A stretch of DNA of 64,000 bases from a virus (taxonomy: Duplodnaviria > Caudoviricetes): positions 64,001 through 128,000 of the IMG/VR virus record IMGVR_UViG_3300035686_000002. One strand, 5' to 3'. Shown here piece after piece: positions 18,386 through 29,192 of the stretch. The stretch's first letter is position 1. Every line of letters starts with the position of its first letter. The translations under genes were made by a program, and so were the position numbers. Below the pieces are notes generated by a model. The model ran no database searches. It saw only the letters and a program-made list of their open reading frames with translations, and was not told the DNA's origin.

Positions 18386-19001
18386 TACTACGATAACCAT
18401 TGGGGACAAAAAGTATGTTTATCAAGGGGTAACTGATTTAGAGGTTATGCCTTTGGCTGAGGTGTTTGGCACAGAACGCCCAGAGGAAGGGACAAAAGAG
18501 TATAGAGATTGGGCAAAACAATTCATGCGAAGGTTTGTTGACTATTCCAGTCAGCGGGCTGTTGCTCAATTTTTGCGTTGTGCTTTTCCTGACATTCCTG
18601 AATCGATTGTCAAATATACAATTCGTCGATTACCAGACGGAACCGAAGAGTGTAGACCCGGCATTGATTTGCGGGTCAAGTTACAAGCAAAAGAGTTTGA
18701 ACAAATTGTGTTAATAATTACTTCTGAGCTAACAAAAATTGAAGAAAAATTAAAACAAGATAGAAAACCTGTCAGCAGTAAACAGCTAAAGCCTTTGCAG
18801 GGAATCTCTCTTAACCCGAGATCTGAAGATATGACTTATGACATGGCTAATAAAGAATTAGTTGTAAACACCAATTCAGACTTAACCTTCAATGATGATT
18901 TAGAATTATTAGACCCACAAAAGTCTGGACTAAATGAAGGTCAAGTAGCTTTATTAGTTGACGCAATAAGAAACGGTCAAATCGTCGCAAAGAAAGCCTA
19001 G
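18378..19001 (+). CDS. Hypothetical protein, possible tail assembly chaperone
   Basis: Immediately upstream of the tape measure gene. Confidence 0.45.
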   Translation: MSNTTITIGDKKYVYQGVTDLEVMPLAEVFGTERPEEGTKEYRDWAKQFMRRFVDYSSQRAVAQFLRCAFPDIPESIVKYTIRRLPDGTEECRPGIDLRVKLQAKEFEQIVLIITSELTKIEEKLKQDRKPVSSKQLKPLQGISLNPRSEDMTYDMANKELVVNTNSDLTFNDDLELLDPQKSGLNEGQVALLVDAIRNGQIVAKKA

Positions 19002-19058
19002 TAAAATTAAGAACTAGCGAACAGGAGGACTCAATCAGTTCGCTTATTTTTAAACTTT

Positions 19059-22000
19059 ATGGCTAACGGAATTAATGTAATTTTTTCCATTACAGACTTG
19101 GCAAGTTCTGCGCTTGCTAACGTTCGATCAGAAATGTCAAGAGTTGCTAGCGGTATTACTCAAGCGAGTACCGCTCTTTTCTTTTGGAGCGAAGGCTTCA
19201 ATCAAATTAAAGCGGCGTCTAGCCAATTTTACAATGCGTTTATCGGTCAAAACGAAAAAATGCGCCAGCAAATACTGGCAACTCAATCTAGTCTTGCCGC
19301 CGTTCAAGATGTCTATATTAATGGGGTTAAATCTGTTGATCCCACCGAAACAATTCAAGCTTTTGAAGCTCCTATTAGAAAATCGTTAAATCAGATTGCA
19401 ATTGAATCGCTTGATCTTGTAGGGGTAACGTCAGGACAATTGACTGACTTATTGCAAATTGCATTAACTAACGCCACAAAAATAACTAATCAGTCAAAAG
19501 ATTTTGCCGATCCCATTAAAGCAGCAGAAAGGTTAACGCTGTCGTTTGCAGGTGCTTTTGGTGCAATGCAGATTCCCTTATTTCAAGCTAGACAAGAAAT
19601 TAACAGTATCTTGTCAGGGACAATCGACATGAATTCTCGACTGGCAAAAGGGCTGAGCATTACCAATGAGCAAGTCAGAGCATGGGGTTCGCAAGGTGTA
19701 TTAGTTGACAAACTGGTAAGTAAACTTCAACCGTTTGTTGCAGGTAATGCGTTAGCTGCTCGGAGTGTTAGTGGTATTACTTCAAATATTCAAGAAATAT
19801 TTGAAATTACAACTAGGCTTGCTGGAGAAAGTATTACAGGCTTATTTGTGGATGGGCTGGATGTTATTTATCAATACATGAAGAACATCCAACCACAAAT
19901 TCAAGCTACTTTAAATGGAGTTACGGCGTTTATCAGTAATTCAGTAAAACAAATTGTTGAAATAATTAGTCCATTTTTACCAACACTTGCGGTGTTTCGG
20001 GATGCAATTCTCAGTATAGGCGGGTCTATCGGTGAAATTATTGGTGGTTCTGTTCAGACACTGCTCACTGTATTGGCAACCGTTGCACCAATAATAGCAC
20101 CCATTTTTGATCTGCTTGTTTCAATTATCAAAGTTGTAGCTGAATTATTAAGCGATCCAGTAATTCAGCAAATGGTGCAGATGGCGCTAATAATTACAGC
20201 AATAATAGGGCCTCTAAGTACCATTGCAACATTAGTCGCAACTATCTCCGGCTTTTTTGCCTCTGGAGGCGGTCTAGTTGGATTTTTTACGCTGCTATCT
20301 ACCGTCGCACCAGGGTTGGTTGCGTCACTTGGTGCATTAGGTTCGGCGCTTGCGTCAATTGCGGGATTTGGCGGAGCTGCCGGGGCTATTGCAACATCAG
20401 GTTCTATGATGACAGTCTTGGGTGGTGCAATAACCAGTGTTGCCGTTGCACTAGGGCCATTGGCTTTAGCTATTGCAGCGGTTGCAGCAGCAGCAAAATT
20501 GATGCAAAGTGCTAAAGTTGATGACGCTAGACAAGCAATCGAAGCAGTTGGAGAAAGAAGTGATGTTACTGCAAGCGGGGCAAACAATACAACATTACAG
20601 TTGCGTCAACTTCGCGACAGAGAAATCATTCAAGGCGAATTAACCGATAAACAGAAGGCTGATAAAGAAAAACTAACAAACCAAGCTCGTAATTATGCAA
20701 CCCAACTAGAAGCAGAGATTACTGCTGCCAAAGAAATTAATACCGCTGGTGATGAGTCACTAGAAAATGCCAAAGCTGCTTTAATAGCCAGCAACGAACA
20801 AACGTTAAAAGGACTTGGCAAATTCACTTCTGGACTGTCAACGTCTGCCAAGCCATTAACAGAACTAGGTGGAACGTTTACACAGTTGAGCGCAAAAGTT
20901 GCAGCCTTTGAAGCTCAAATAAAAGCGGCTAACTCCGATCCTGAGTTTCAAACTGCGACTAAAGGAATAACCGAATTAATAACTAAACAAGTTCAATTAG
21001 GTCAAATAAGTGCTGAACAAGGTCAAAAACGTTTGCAAACGATACTGAATGACTCTCGCGTAGAACTTGCAGGCAGAGAAGCTGCTCAAAAAGCTATTGA
21101 TCAAATACGAGAAATTGCGACAAAAAAAGAATTAGAGCGCTCTCAACAAACTCAATCTGAAATTGAAAAGATGCAGAACGAGGGGCGCGTCGGAGAGGTC
21201 AAAGCAGAGCAAATGTTAACTGAGCAAAAGCTCAAAGAAATCAGTATTCGAGCAGACTCTCAAAAAGAAGCACATTCTGAGCGAATGCGTCAAATCCAAA
21301 CAGAAATGAATACTGCACTAGGAGGTATAGACAAAGAAATTGCTGATAAACAGGCAACACTTGACAAGTTGAAAGTAGCAAAAGCACCTGAAGTTCAAAT
21401 TGTCCAAGCTCAGCGAGATTTAGATTCGAGTAAATCTCGACGTGCTGACAAACAATCAGAGTTTGTAGTCATTCAAGTTGAAGAAAACCGCAAAAATGCT
21501 ATTGAAATCGCAAAAATGGATGCCGAGCGCTCAAAACTAGAAAAGCAGCAGCGCGACATCCGCAAGCGCGAAGCCTTAAAAGACTTTGACGAACGCCAAA
21601 AAATTAACGATTCAGCTCGTGAACAAGGTTTAAAAGACAATCAACAGGCAGCGCAAGAATCTATTCAAATTGCTCAAGATAGGGCAAAACTAGAACTAGC
21701 TCAAGTCAAAAATAGTACAGCTAAGCTTGAAGCTGAAGCCAAGAAACAGGGCAAAACGGTCAAACAATACGACAAGGAAGCTTGGGAAGCTTTACAAGTA
21801 CAGCAAGCTGAGGCTCTTCAAAAGTTAGCAACAGCCAGAAAAGACGGTTTTGAAAAACGTTTGTCAGATATTAAGCAAGACGCTCAGGAAGCTACCGCGC
21901 TAGTTGATGCAGCACAAGCCAAGAACGATATTGACAACCAAGCAGCAGCGACTCAAACAGCAGCAATCGCAACAAAAAGTATCAACACCCAAATTGCACT

Positions 22001-25000
22001 AATCAATAAGGAAATTGATGCAAACCAGGGAAACAAAGAGCGACTAGAAGAGTTAAATGCAAAACGGGCAGGACTAGAGAAAGATTTAACCGAAGTGCAG
22101 AAGAAACAGCTACAACAGCGATTGTCGGACTTACAACAGGATGCTGACGAACGAGTAGCCGTAGTCAAAGCCGCAAATGCTGTAGGTGACATTAACAACC
22201 AAGAAGCTGCAAAACGAACTGCAATGATCGAGTCCAACAGTTCAAAGTCTCAACTGCAAATCATCCGAAATAGAATTGCTGAGGTGCAAGCTGCTGATAA
22301 AGCACGGGGTAAAGTTAGCATTGAATTATTGGAAGAATTACGAAAACAGGAAGCAGACACTCAGGTCAAGATAACTGAAATAGCAAAAAAGGAAATGGAA
22401 TCACGCTTAGCTGACCTGAAAGAGGATGTAGCTGAGCGCACAGCAGTTATCAAAGCATCACAGGCAACAGGCGCAATAGATAACCAGGCAGCAGCAATTC
22501 AAACGGCAGAATTTGAACGTACTGGCGCAGCCCAACGATTAGAGATTGTCCGATCGCGGATTGAGCAAGTTGCAGCCGAAGGCAAAAAGTCAGGCAAACT
22601 CAACATTGAACTGATGGAATCTCTGAGAAAACAGGAAGCAGAGATCGAGGTTGAGACGACTGAGATTGCCAAGAAAGAAATGGATGCCCGCTTATCAGAC
22701 TTGCAACAGGACGTTGAAGAAAGAGTTTCAGTAATTCAATCAACTAATGCGTTGGGAACCCAAGACAACCAAGAAACGGCAATTGCCACGTCTCAAATTC
22801 AACAAAAAAGTGCCAACGATCAATTAAAAATAGTTAGAGAAAGAATTAATGCGGTTATCACGGAGGGACAAAAATCAGGAAAACTAAACATAGAGCTTTT
22901 AGAAGAACTACGAAAAAGAGAAGCTGATATTCAGGTTAAAATTACAGAAACTCAAAAACAGGAGTTACAAAAACGGCTAGCAGATTTGCAACAAGACGCT
23001 GAAGAGCGAACGGCAGTTGTAACAGCAGAGAATGCAACAGGAATTTTAGACAATCAAAAATCTGCTATAAAAACGTCGCAAATTCAACAAAACAGTTTAA
23101 ATGCTCAACTCAGTTTAATTCGTCAGCGAATAGCAACTGTTAGTCCTGCCAATAAAGAGTTGTTGGAGGAACTACTAAAACAGGAAGCAGATATCCAAAT
23201 CAAAATTACAGAAGTTCAAAAACAAGAATTTCAGAAACGTTTAAGTGACTTGCAGCAAGACTCTCAAGAACGTATTGCTGTTGTGGAAGCAGCGACAGCG
23301 ATGGGAAGAAAAGACAATCAGGAATCAGCGATAGAAATACAAAATATTCAGCGACAGGGTGTTGTCGCTCAATTAAGGTTAGTGCGAGAACGTCTTTCTG
23401 CCACTAGCTCGCTAAACAAAGAGTTACGAGAAGAGCTAAAAGCGCAAGAAGCCAAGTTACAGACAGAACTAACAGAGATTCAAGAACAAGGCTTTCAAAA
23501 ACGTCTGTCTGATTTACAGCAGGACGGGGAAGAACGGCTGGCTATTATTACTGCTAACGGTATTAGGGGGCTAGCCGACAACCAAGAAACGGCGTTAAAG
23601 TCAGCCGCTATTCAGGAAGAATCAGCACAAAAACAGTTGGCACTAATCCAAGAACGATTGACTAGGGTTAGCGAATCATCGACTGAACTCCGAGAAAAAC
23701 TGCTAAAACAGGAAGCTGATACCCAAGCTAAAATCGCTGAAATTCGCAAACAGGCTTTTGACAAACGACTGGCGGATATTGAGCAAGACGGACAAGAACA
23801 ACAGACAATTTTAGAAGGACAGTTGGCACAGGGTCAGACAACAGAAGCCGAGTATGCCCAAAATCGTTATGACCAATCGCTTCAATCTTTAGATAATCAG
23901 TTAGTGCTTGTTCGGGAACGCCGATCGCAAATATCGGCAACCGACATTGAGGGACAAGAGGCGCTGGCAACTCAAGAAGCCTCTCTGCAAAAACGCCGAC
24001 AAGATGCGCTTTCCCAGTTTTTAGAAACTCAATTGAGTTTACTAGATCGGGAAAATAAAAAGGCAACTGAACTGTTGGAACAGTCAGAACTCGATCGCAA
24101 GTTGATTGTTAAACAGGCGGCGCTTTCGGGAAGTGCTGACAAAGATGCTGCCGCAACCGCTGAAATCAAAGCAACACAACGCCGAATCCAACAGGAAATC
24201 GCATTAGAAGAACAGAAAAATGCAACGCTGCGATCGCTCCCGGCATTTTCCGATCCAGCAAAAGAAGCCGAGCGACAATCTAGAATTCGGGCATCGGTTA
24301 AACGGACAACTGAACTCAGACTTCAATTACTAGATGAAGAAAAAAGGGCTTTTGATTTGCTGGTTGACCGCCAAATAAAAGCTATCCAGAATCAGGCTCG
24401 GGAACAAGAGCTAGCTTCTGATGTGCAAGTGCGGGCGATCGAGCAACAGAGTAAGCAGTATGATTTGCTAAGTCGATCGCTTGAAAACCAAAACAAACTC
24501 CTGCAATCCCGTGCCAGCTTAGCAAATGCTTTAAACGGGTACATTCAGGGCGAATATAAAATCTTGCAGGACAGCGCGGGTTCCGAAAGTGAACGCAAGC
24601 GACTGATCAAGGAAGCCGCAGATGCCCAACTTGTAGCAATGCAGCAGCAGCAAACCGTCGCTCAAAAAAACCTCGACATCGAAATCAAGCAAGCTGAAAT
24701 TGCTCAAAAACGTGCAGAATTTGAAGCAGAAATTGCAGAGATAAAAGCCCGAGCCGGGTCTGCCAAAGCCGATGCCGAAGTTCTTAAAGCTGAAGCAACA
24801 TTGCAAAAAGTACAGCGCGACCCCAACGCTAGCAATGCTGATGTTGAAGCCGCCCGATTGGATGTTGCTGCCGCCCGTGCTGGAGCCGAAGCTGCTGTTG
24901 CCGAAATTGCTGGGGCGATCGCGAACAAAGAAATGGTCGGGCGAAATGCAGAAGTTCTGAAGGCACAGAACGACCTGAAACGGGAAACACAATCGATTGA

Positions 25001-25592
25001 ACAAGTTACTCAAGGACGAGCAGCACAGGCTCAGGCGATCGAGGCAATCGTAGACGAAAACGAGAAAAAACTGAGGCAGCGCCAACTAGCCGGACGATTG
25101 ACACCGGAAGAATCAGAACGGCTGGCGCGGATTCAACGAGAAAACCAGCAGCGCGAAGCTACTAGGCGGCAGAATGAAATCGAACGGGACACACTGCGGG
25201 GAGTCGTTACGCCTAATGGGGTGCGACGGGGAATTCAAGCTGCTGGTGCGAGATCGAGTTCGCTGTTGCAGGCAATAGAGCAAACAGCGGCAACACCGCC
25301 GAAAGTACCGGAATTAAAAAACCTGGTGGCTCAAATGAACGCGCAGCGACAACAGATTTCAGCTATCAAGCCGGAGGTTAACCCGCTGATCCGATTACAA
25401 GAAGAAAGCACAAAATACCAGAAAGAGATACTTGGAGTTCTCAAACAACTCAACGGAAAACCGACACCCGCGCCGACAACTCCTGTAACTAATAATTTCA
25501 ACACCAACGCCCAAGTCGGTTTGTCCGAATCTCAAATGCTGGGAGTTTTTGGTCAGGTAAGCCAACAGGTGTCGCGGATGGTGGGGCGCTAG
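19059..25592 (+). CDS. Tape measure protein
   Basis: 2177 aa. N-terminus INVIFSITDLASSAL, hydrophobic A/G-rich segment, long coiled coil with at least 8 RLxDxxQD repeats. Confidence 0.9.
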   Translation: MANGINVIFSITDLASSALANVRSEMSRVASGITQASTALFFWSEGFNQIKAASSQFYNAFIGQNEKMRQQILATQSSLAAVQDVYINGVKSVDPTETIQAFEAPIRKSLNQIAIESLDLVGVTSGQLTDLLQIALTNATKITNQSKDFADPIKAAERLTLSFAGAFGAMQIPLFQARQEINSILSGTIDMNSRLAKGLSITNEQVRAWGSQGVLVDKLVSKLQPFVAGNALAARSVSGITSNIQEIFEITTRLAGESITGLFVDGLDVIYQYMKNIQPQIQATLNGVTAFISNSVKQIVEIISPFLPTLAVFRDAILSIGGSIGEIIGGSVQTLLTVLATVAPIIAPIFDLLVSIIKVVAELLSDPVIQQMVQMALIITAIIGPLSTIATLVATISGFFASGGGLVGFFTLLSTVAPGLVASLGALGSALASIAGFGGAAGAIATSGSMMTVLGGAITSVAVALGPLALAIAAVAAAAKLMQSAKVDDARQAIEAVGERSDVTASGANNTTLQLRQLRDREIIQGELTDKQKADKEKLTNQARNYATQLEAEITAAKEINTAGDESLENAKAALIASNEQTLKGLGKFTSGLSTSAKPLTELGGTFTQLSAKVAAFEAQIKAANSDPEFQTATKGITELITKQVQLGQISAEQGQKRLQTILNDSRVELAGREAAQKAIDQIREIATKKELERSQQTQSEIEKMQNEGRVGEVKAEQMLTEQKLKEISIRADSQKEAHSERMRQIQTEMNTALGGIDKEIADKQATLDKLKVAKAPEVQIVQAQRDLDSSKSRRADKQSEFVVIQVEENRKNAIEIAKMDAERSKLEKQQRDIRKREALKDFDERQKINDSAREQGLKDNQQAAQESIQIAQDRAKLELAQVKNSTAKLEAEAKKQGKTVKQYDKEAWEALQVQQAEALQKLATARKDGFEKRLSDIKQDAQEATALVDAAQAKNDIDNQAAATQTAAIATKSINTQIALINKEIDANQGNKERLEELNAKRAGLEKDLTEVQKKQLQQRLSDLQQDADERVAVVKAANAVGDINNQEAAKRTAMIESNSSKSQLQIIRNRIAEVQAADKARGKVSIELLEELRKQEADTQVKITEIAKKEMESRLADLKEDVAERTAVIKASQATGAIDNQAAAIQTAEFERTGAAQRLEIVRSRIEQVAAEGKKSGKLNIELMESLRKQEAEIEVETTEIAKKEMDARLSDLQQDVEERVSVIQSTNALGTQDNQETAIATSQIQQKSANDQLKIVRERINAVITEGQKSGKLNIELLEELRKREADIQVKITETQKQELQKRLADLQQDAEERTAVVTAENATGILDNQKSAIKTSQIQQNSLNAQLSLIRQRIATVSPANKELLEELLKQEADIQIKITEVQKQEFQKRLSDLQQDSQERIAVVEAATAMGRKDNQESAIEIQNIQRQGVVAQLRLVRERLSATSSLNKELREELKAQEAKLQTELTEIQEQGFQKRLSDLQQDGEERLAIITANGIRGLADNQETALKSAAIQEESAQKQLALIQERLTRVSESSTELREKLLKQEADTQAKIAEIRKQAFDKRLADIEQDGQEQQTILEGQLAQGQTTEAEYAQNRYDQSLQSLDNQLVLVRERRSQISATDIEGQEALATQEASLQKRRQDALSQFLETQLSLLDRENKKATELLEQSELDRKLIVKQAALSGSADKDAAATAEIKATQRRIQQEIALEEQKNATLRSLPAFSDPAKEAERQSRIRASVKRTTELRLQLLDEEKRAFDLLVDRQIKAIQNQAREQELASDVQVRAIEQQSKQYDLLSRSLENQNKLLQSRASLANALNGYIQGEYKILQDSAGSESERKRLIKEAADAQLVAMQQQQTVAQKNLDIEIKQAEIAQKRAEFEAEIAEIKARAGSAKADAEVLKAEATLQKVQRDPNASNADVEAARLDVAAARAGAEAAVAEIAGAIANKEMVGRNAEVLKAQNDLKRETQSIEQVTQGRAAQAQAIEAIVDENEKKLRQRQLAGRLTPEESERLARIQRENQQREATRRQNEIERDTLRGVVTPNGVRRGIQAAGARSSSLLQAIEQTAATPPKVPELKNLVAQMNAQRQQISAIKPEVNPLIRLQEESTKYQKEILGVLKQLNGKPTPAPTTPVTNNFNTNAQVGLSESQMLGVFGQVSQQVSRMVGR

Positions 25593-25594
25593 AA

Positions 25595-25784
25595 GCGAGA
25601 GATAATTGGCATAGACTATAGATGAGTTTGTTACTCAATTTTTTATGTTTTATAATATTCTTGCGTGACAAACTCATCTATTATATTTCTTGCTCTGCCT
25701 GTATCCTGTTTGTAGAGGTTGCTTTAGTTTTGAAAATAAGAATTAAAACAGCCTCAACAAGTGGAATAGATAAATTGCTCTCGC
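25595..25784 (+). repeat. Dispersed ~190-bp nested-palindrome element, copy 1
   Basis: GCGAGAG...ATAGATGAGTTTGTTACTCA..TGCGTGACAAACTCATCTAT...GTAGAGGTTG..CAGCCTCAAC...CTCTCGC. Confidence 0.9.
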
Positions 25785-25813
25785 ATCAAAATCGTGTCAA
25801 CACTCAGAGACAA

Positions 25814-26007
25814 GCGGGCGAATAAAAACTCTCTGGTGTCTCTATAGTTGAGTCCGTCACGCAGATAAATCTATTACTATAGATCGTTTGATTGACAAAC
25901 TCCACTATTCTAACCTCGTCTCTATAATATTTCTCACTGCTCAGGCTGTTCAAACCGATTAACGAACACAACAAGAGAAACAAGCATCCTATTTCTACTT
26001 TTGCGCC
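25814..26007 (+). repeat. Dispersed element, copy 2 (degenerate, tandem to copy 1)
   Basis: ATAGTTGAGTCCGTCACGCA..TGATTGACAAACTCCACTAT core at 25844-25908. Confidence 0.6.
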
Positions 26008-26043
26008 GATCGCACCGACGCAACAGCAGCAAAAAATAGGCTG

Positions 26044-26367
26044 TTAGTACCAGTCTCTTCCTCGGCATTCTTTTATTTTTCTTTCTGTTGGGATATAGAA
26101 ATCAGTAGATTCCAATTCTTCCGACTCTCCCGGAGTTTGAGATTCAATCGTGTTAAACGTAGGGTGAAATATTGTCAAATAGAGAAACTCTTCTTCTTCA
26201 CTTGTTATTCTGAAATTGCAACCTGCTTTAAGGTATGCCCAACAAATTCCAAGTTGCTCTTGAGCAGCAGGGGTATCTCTATCCATCCATTTGTCAACTT
26301 GAACAATCCCTTGCTCGCACAAGGCAATCAATCTTTTTCTAATATTATCCTTTTGTTGATTATCCAT
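26044..26367 (-). CDS. Hypothetical protein
   Basis: 107-aa ORF coupled to 26374..26721. Confidence 0.6.
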   Translation of the reverse strand: MDNQQKDNIRKRLIALCEQGIVQVDKWMDRDTPAAQEQLGICWAYLKAGCNFRITSEEEEFLYLTIFHPTFNTIESQTPGESEELESTDFYIPTERKIKECRGRDWY

Positions 26368-26373
26368 TCTTGC

Positions 26374-26721
26374 CTACCTTTGGTTGAAATGTACTATATC
26401 GCGCTTAAGCTGTTGCAAGCTATCTTCAAAAGTTGCCATTCTCGTTTCAAGTATGGCAACACGCTGGTCTACTTGATTATTAGTTCGATCCTTTATCAAA
26501 CTTATATCCACTAAGGCTTTGCCTTGGGTATACGAACGGGACGATATACCATCCCTAGCACATATGCCATCATTAACAGCCAACTCTTGAATAAGCCGCC
26601 GGACTACTTGATGCGGTGATTCGCCGTCTATAGCTTGTGCCTTGATCCACTCATATAACAATGGATGCACCCGAAAGCCGATTGTAGGTGAATCATTATC
26701 TATTGATTTTTTTTCACTCAT
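26374..26721 (-). CDS. Ribbon-helix-helix-like DNA-binding protein with C-terminal coiled coil
   Basis: TIGFRVHPLLYEWIKAQA...SPHQVVRRLI. Confidence 0.6.
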   Translation of the reverse strand: MSEKKSIDNDSPTIGFRVHPLLYEWIKAQAIDGESPHQVVRRLIQELAVNDGICARDGISSRSYTQGKALVDISLIKDRTNNQVDQRVAILETRMATFEDSLQQLKRDIVHFNQR

Positions 26722-26974
26722 AAGTTTTGACTGGAGCTAATAACTTTACTTATGCTAACACAAATCGCAAACATTGTTTACGTCAACTTACAATAATGTG
26801 CCAGTTTTCTTAAAGTTATACCCTGACTACGTTTCAGTTGTGTGCCAATTTATTTTAAAATTTGTTTGCAAAATGTTGACAAACTGCAAACATACTGCTA
26901 ACGTAGTAAACATAAGGCAAACGGAACCAACGCAAACCGCATTGCCCCTCACTTCACGCAAAAGTAAAAACAAA

Positions 26975-27298
26975 ATGATCGACGCAATGATGATTCAATT
27001 GGCTCTTCAAGGAATGCAAACAGCTAAGACTGCAAATTTCGACACAGCAATCGGTGAACAGCAACGGATGGGCTGGTGGTGGAAAAGCTACATTGCTAAC
27101 CGTCATTGTATGGAAGTAATGGTCTACCTCGATAAAACCTCGCCAACCGGATTCATGTTAGAGGTCGATTACATTGATGAGGACGCGGTGACAATCCTCA
27201 ATAAGCCCCTCGCTACTTTTGAGGAATTCCAAGAACTCTTTACTAATAAAAAATTCCTTGCAACCGCATTCAGAGCTTGGAAGAAAGAAAAAAAATAA
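26975..27298 (+). CDS. Hypothetical protein (likely start MIDAMM)
   Basis: ORF 26774..27298. TTGACA at 26876 and an A-rich leader point to the internal ATG. Confidence 0.55.
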   Translation: MIDAMMIQLALQGMQTAKTANFDTAIGEQQRMGWWWKSYIANRHCMEVMVYLDKTSPTGFMLEVDYIDEDAVTILNKPLATFEEFQELFTNKKFLATAFRAWKKEKK

Positions 27299-27394
27299 CC
27301 ACTCTGCCCCTCGCCTAGGGCGCACCCGCGCCCATCCATCTACTCCACTTGCCTCACTTCAAAGACTCACTTCACTACACCACAGGAAAATACC

Positions 27395-27979
27395 ATGCAA
27401 TTACTCAACACCAAATTCAACCAAATCGCTACAGCAATCGAAGCGACTAACGCCCAGATTGCAGCCTTACAAGCCAAGCTTTCGGAACTTCAAGAACATC
27501 AACAGCAACTACTCTCAGTCGAGCAAGCTTGCCAGTCCGCACTCGCCCAAGTTGGCACTGCACTTTCAATGCTCAACCACGTAGACCCCGCCGAAATCCC
27601 TACATTCAAGGCAGCGGTTGACGCACAATTTGGAACCGACGCGATTGGATTCTTGGAACCCGCCACACCTGCACCAGAGGAAACAGTCGAACCAATCGAA
27701 CCAGAACCGACACCACCGGAATCATCAACCACAGCAGAAATTAAGTCAGCGATTGAAGTAGAAGCGACTGTCACAGATACACCCACCACTGACGAGTTGA
27801 TTGAGTCAACACCCACACCATCGGCAAAAATTGAATTACTACTCGGTAAAATGTCTCTCGCCGACATCCGGAAGCTCGCCAAAAACAAAAAGGTAAACGC
27901 ACGGGGAAACCTGCTTACTATCGCAGCGAGGTTAAAAGCAATCGTCACAGAGTCCGATATCTGGGATGCTACGACATAA
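27395..27979 (+). CDS. Coiled-coil protein with C-terminal Rho_N/SAP-like helix-extension-helix
   Basis: N-terminal heptads, P/E/T-rich linker, MSLADIRKLAKNKKVNARG...IAARL. Confidence 0.65.
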   Translation: MQLLNTKFNQIATAIEATNAQIAALQAKLSELQEHQQQLLSVEQACQSALAQVGTALSMLNHVDPAEIPTFKAAVDAQFGTDAIGFLEPATPAPEETVEPIEPEPTPPESSTTAEIKSAIEVEATVTDTPTTDELIESTPTPSAKIELLLGKMSLADIRKLAKNKKVNARGNLLTIAARLKAIVTESDIWDATT

Positions 27980-28077
27980 CTTCTAATTCTATTGCTTCGC
28001 TGACTCTCTTAGGCGAGGCAATAGCAAGTGGTATATCAGTTCTTCCAAGCCTATAAACCTTTATTTAGGACAAAGCA

Positions 28078-28368
28078 ATGACAGAAATACCTAATGTTTA
28101 TTTTAGTGACAATCTATTACAAATGGTCGGCAAAAAGTTTCTTAAAGAAATAAGTACAGACGATGCCACGAGAATCTTAGAAATCTTAAAGAAACACGGA
28201 GATGAAAATTTAATCGACAAATGGGTCTCTGTCAATATAGTTGCTGGAACAGCAAGAGGACGTGCTGCAATGAATCAATTAGAAAAAGAGTATCGAGAAA
28301 AAGTTAACAGGAAGGGGAAGACGAGCGGCGATTGCCTTGAGCCTCCCGGCGATCATGACACAAACTGA
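28078..28368 (+). CDS. Hypothetical protein (inserted moron)
   Basis: AGGA RBS. Flanked by a duplicated 3' end of the upstream gene. Confidence 0.6.
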   Translation: MTEIPNVYFSDNLLQMVGKKFLKEISTDDATRILEILKKHGDENLIDKWVSVNIVAGTARGRAAMNQLEKEYREKVNRKGKTSGDCLEPPGDHDTN

Positions 28369-28530
28369 TATTTGGAAAGCTACGACATAGACTTAGTGAC
28401 TAAAATGAGAAAAATACGGTAGAAACACAGCACTTTGTTTCTACCGCATTTTTACAGCAGGTTTAGCAATATTCTCAAACTTCAACTTGCTTAGTGACAA
28501 GCCTGAGAAACTCGGATCTTCAGATTTAAA

Positions 28531-28720
28531 GCGAGAGCTGATCGATATGGGCTTATAGATGAGTCTGTCACTCAGTTTTTTATATTCTATATACTTTTTG
28601 ATTGACAGACTCATCTATTGTTTCTTCGATTATATCTACGTCTTGACTGTAGAGACTGTTTAATTTTTAAAAAAGAAATCTAACCAATCTCAACAACTGG
28701 AATGGATAAATTGCTCTCGC
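28531..28720 (+). repeat. Dispersed element, copy 3
   Basis: GCGAGAG...ATAGATGAGTCTGTCACTCA..TGATTGACAGACTCATCTAT...CTCTCGC. Confidence 0.9.
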
Positions 28721-28801
28721 ATCTAAAGCCTGCTGATTGAAAATTTGACATGAATGGTTTATATTTATTAAACTCCAAGAACTCAAAGAAAACAGAAAAA
28801 C

Positions 28802-29137
28802 ATGGCTAACATAACAACAGGGGAAACTAAATTTCAGAAAAGAACTATCGCCCTTGCCTGCGCTGAACAACGGGTGACAGTAGAATTAACAATAGAACGA
28901 AAAGCCCTCAATCATGAATATTTGGATTTTGTCGAAGCTTGCAAAGAAAAGTCAAGGGCTAAACCAGGAAAAGTAATTATAGCTGGTGACGACGGTGTTA
29001 GTGTCATTACAGTGAACGGTCAAACTTGGTATATGAGAGTTGATCGAGTTAAAAGACTTTGGTTTGCCTCTAATGGCTTAGTTGAAGCCAAACCGAAAAC
29101 CACTAGACGCGCTCTAGTTCAATCTTTACTCATTTAA
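28802..29137 (+). CDS. Hypothetical protein
   Basis: Preceded by TTGACA(28745)-18 bp-TAAACT and followed by a terminator. Confidence 0.65.
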   Translation: MANITTGETKFQKRTIALACAEQRVTVELTIERKALNHEYLDFVEACKEKSRAKPGKVIIAGDDGVSVITVNGQTWYMRVDRVKRLWFASNGLVEAKPKTTRRALVQSLLI

Positions 29138-29169
29138 TTGCTGAAAAACCAACCGATTAACCGAAACTT

Positions 29170-29192
29170 GCCCCCAAGCCGGGGGTTTTTAT
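29170..29192 (+). terminator. Rho-independent terminator
   Basis: CCCCC-aagcc-GGGGG-TTTTT. Confidence 0.65.

Noticed and set aside
25622-25825. Paralogous small hydrophobic ORFs MSL(S/L)L(S/N)FL... (25622, 30876, within 52925) as a type I toxin or peptide family
   Set aside because: They are translations of the dispersed palindromic element. Stops fall at different positions in each copy (codon 9 in copy 5, ~32-42 in copies 3, 6 and 7) and substitutions are not biased to third positions. A short peptide role cannot be fully excluded.
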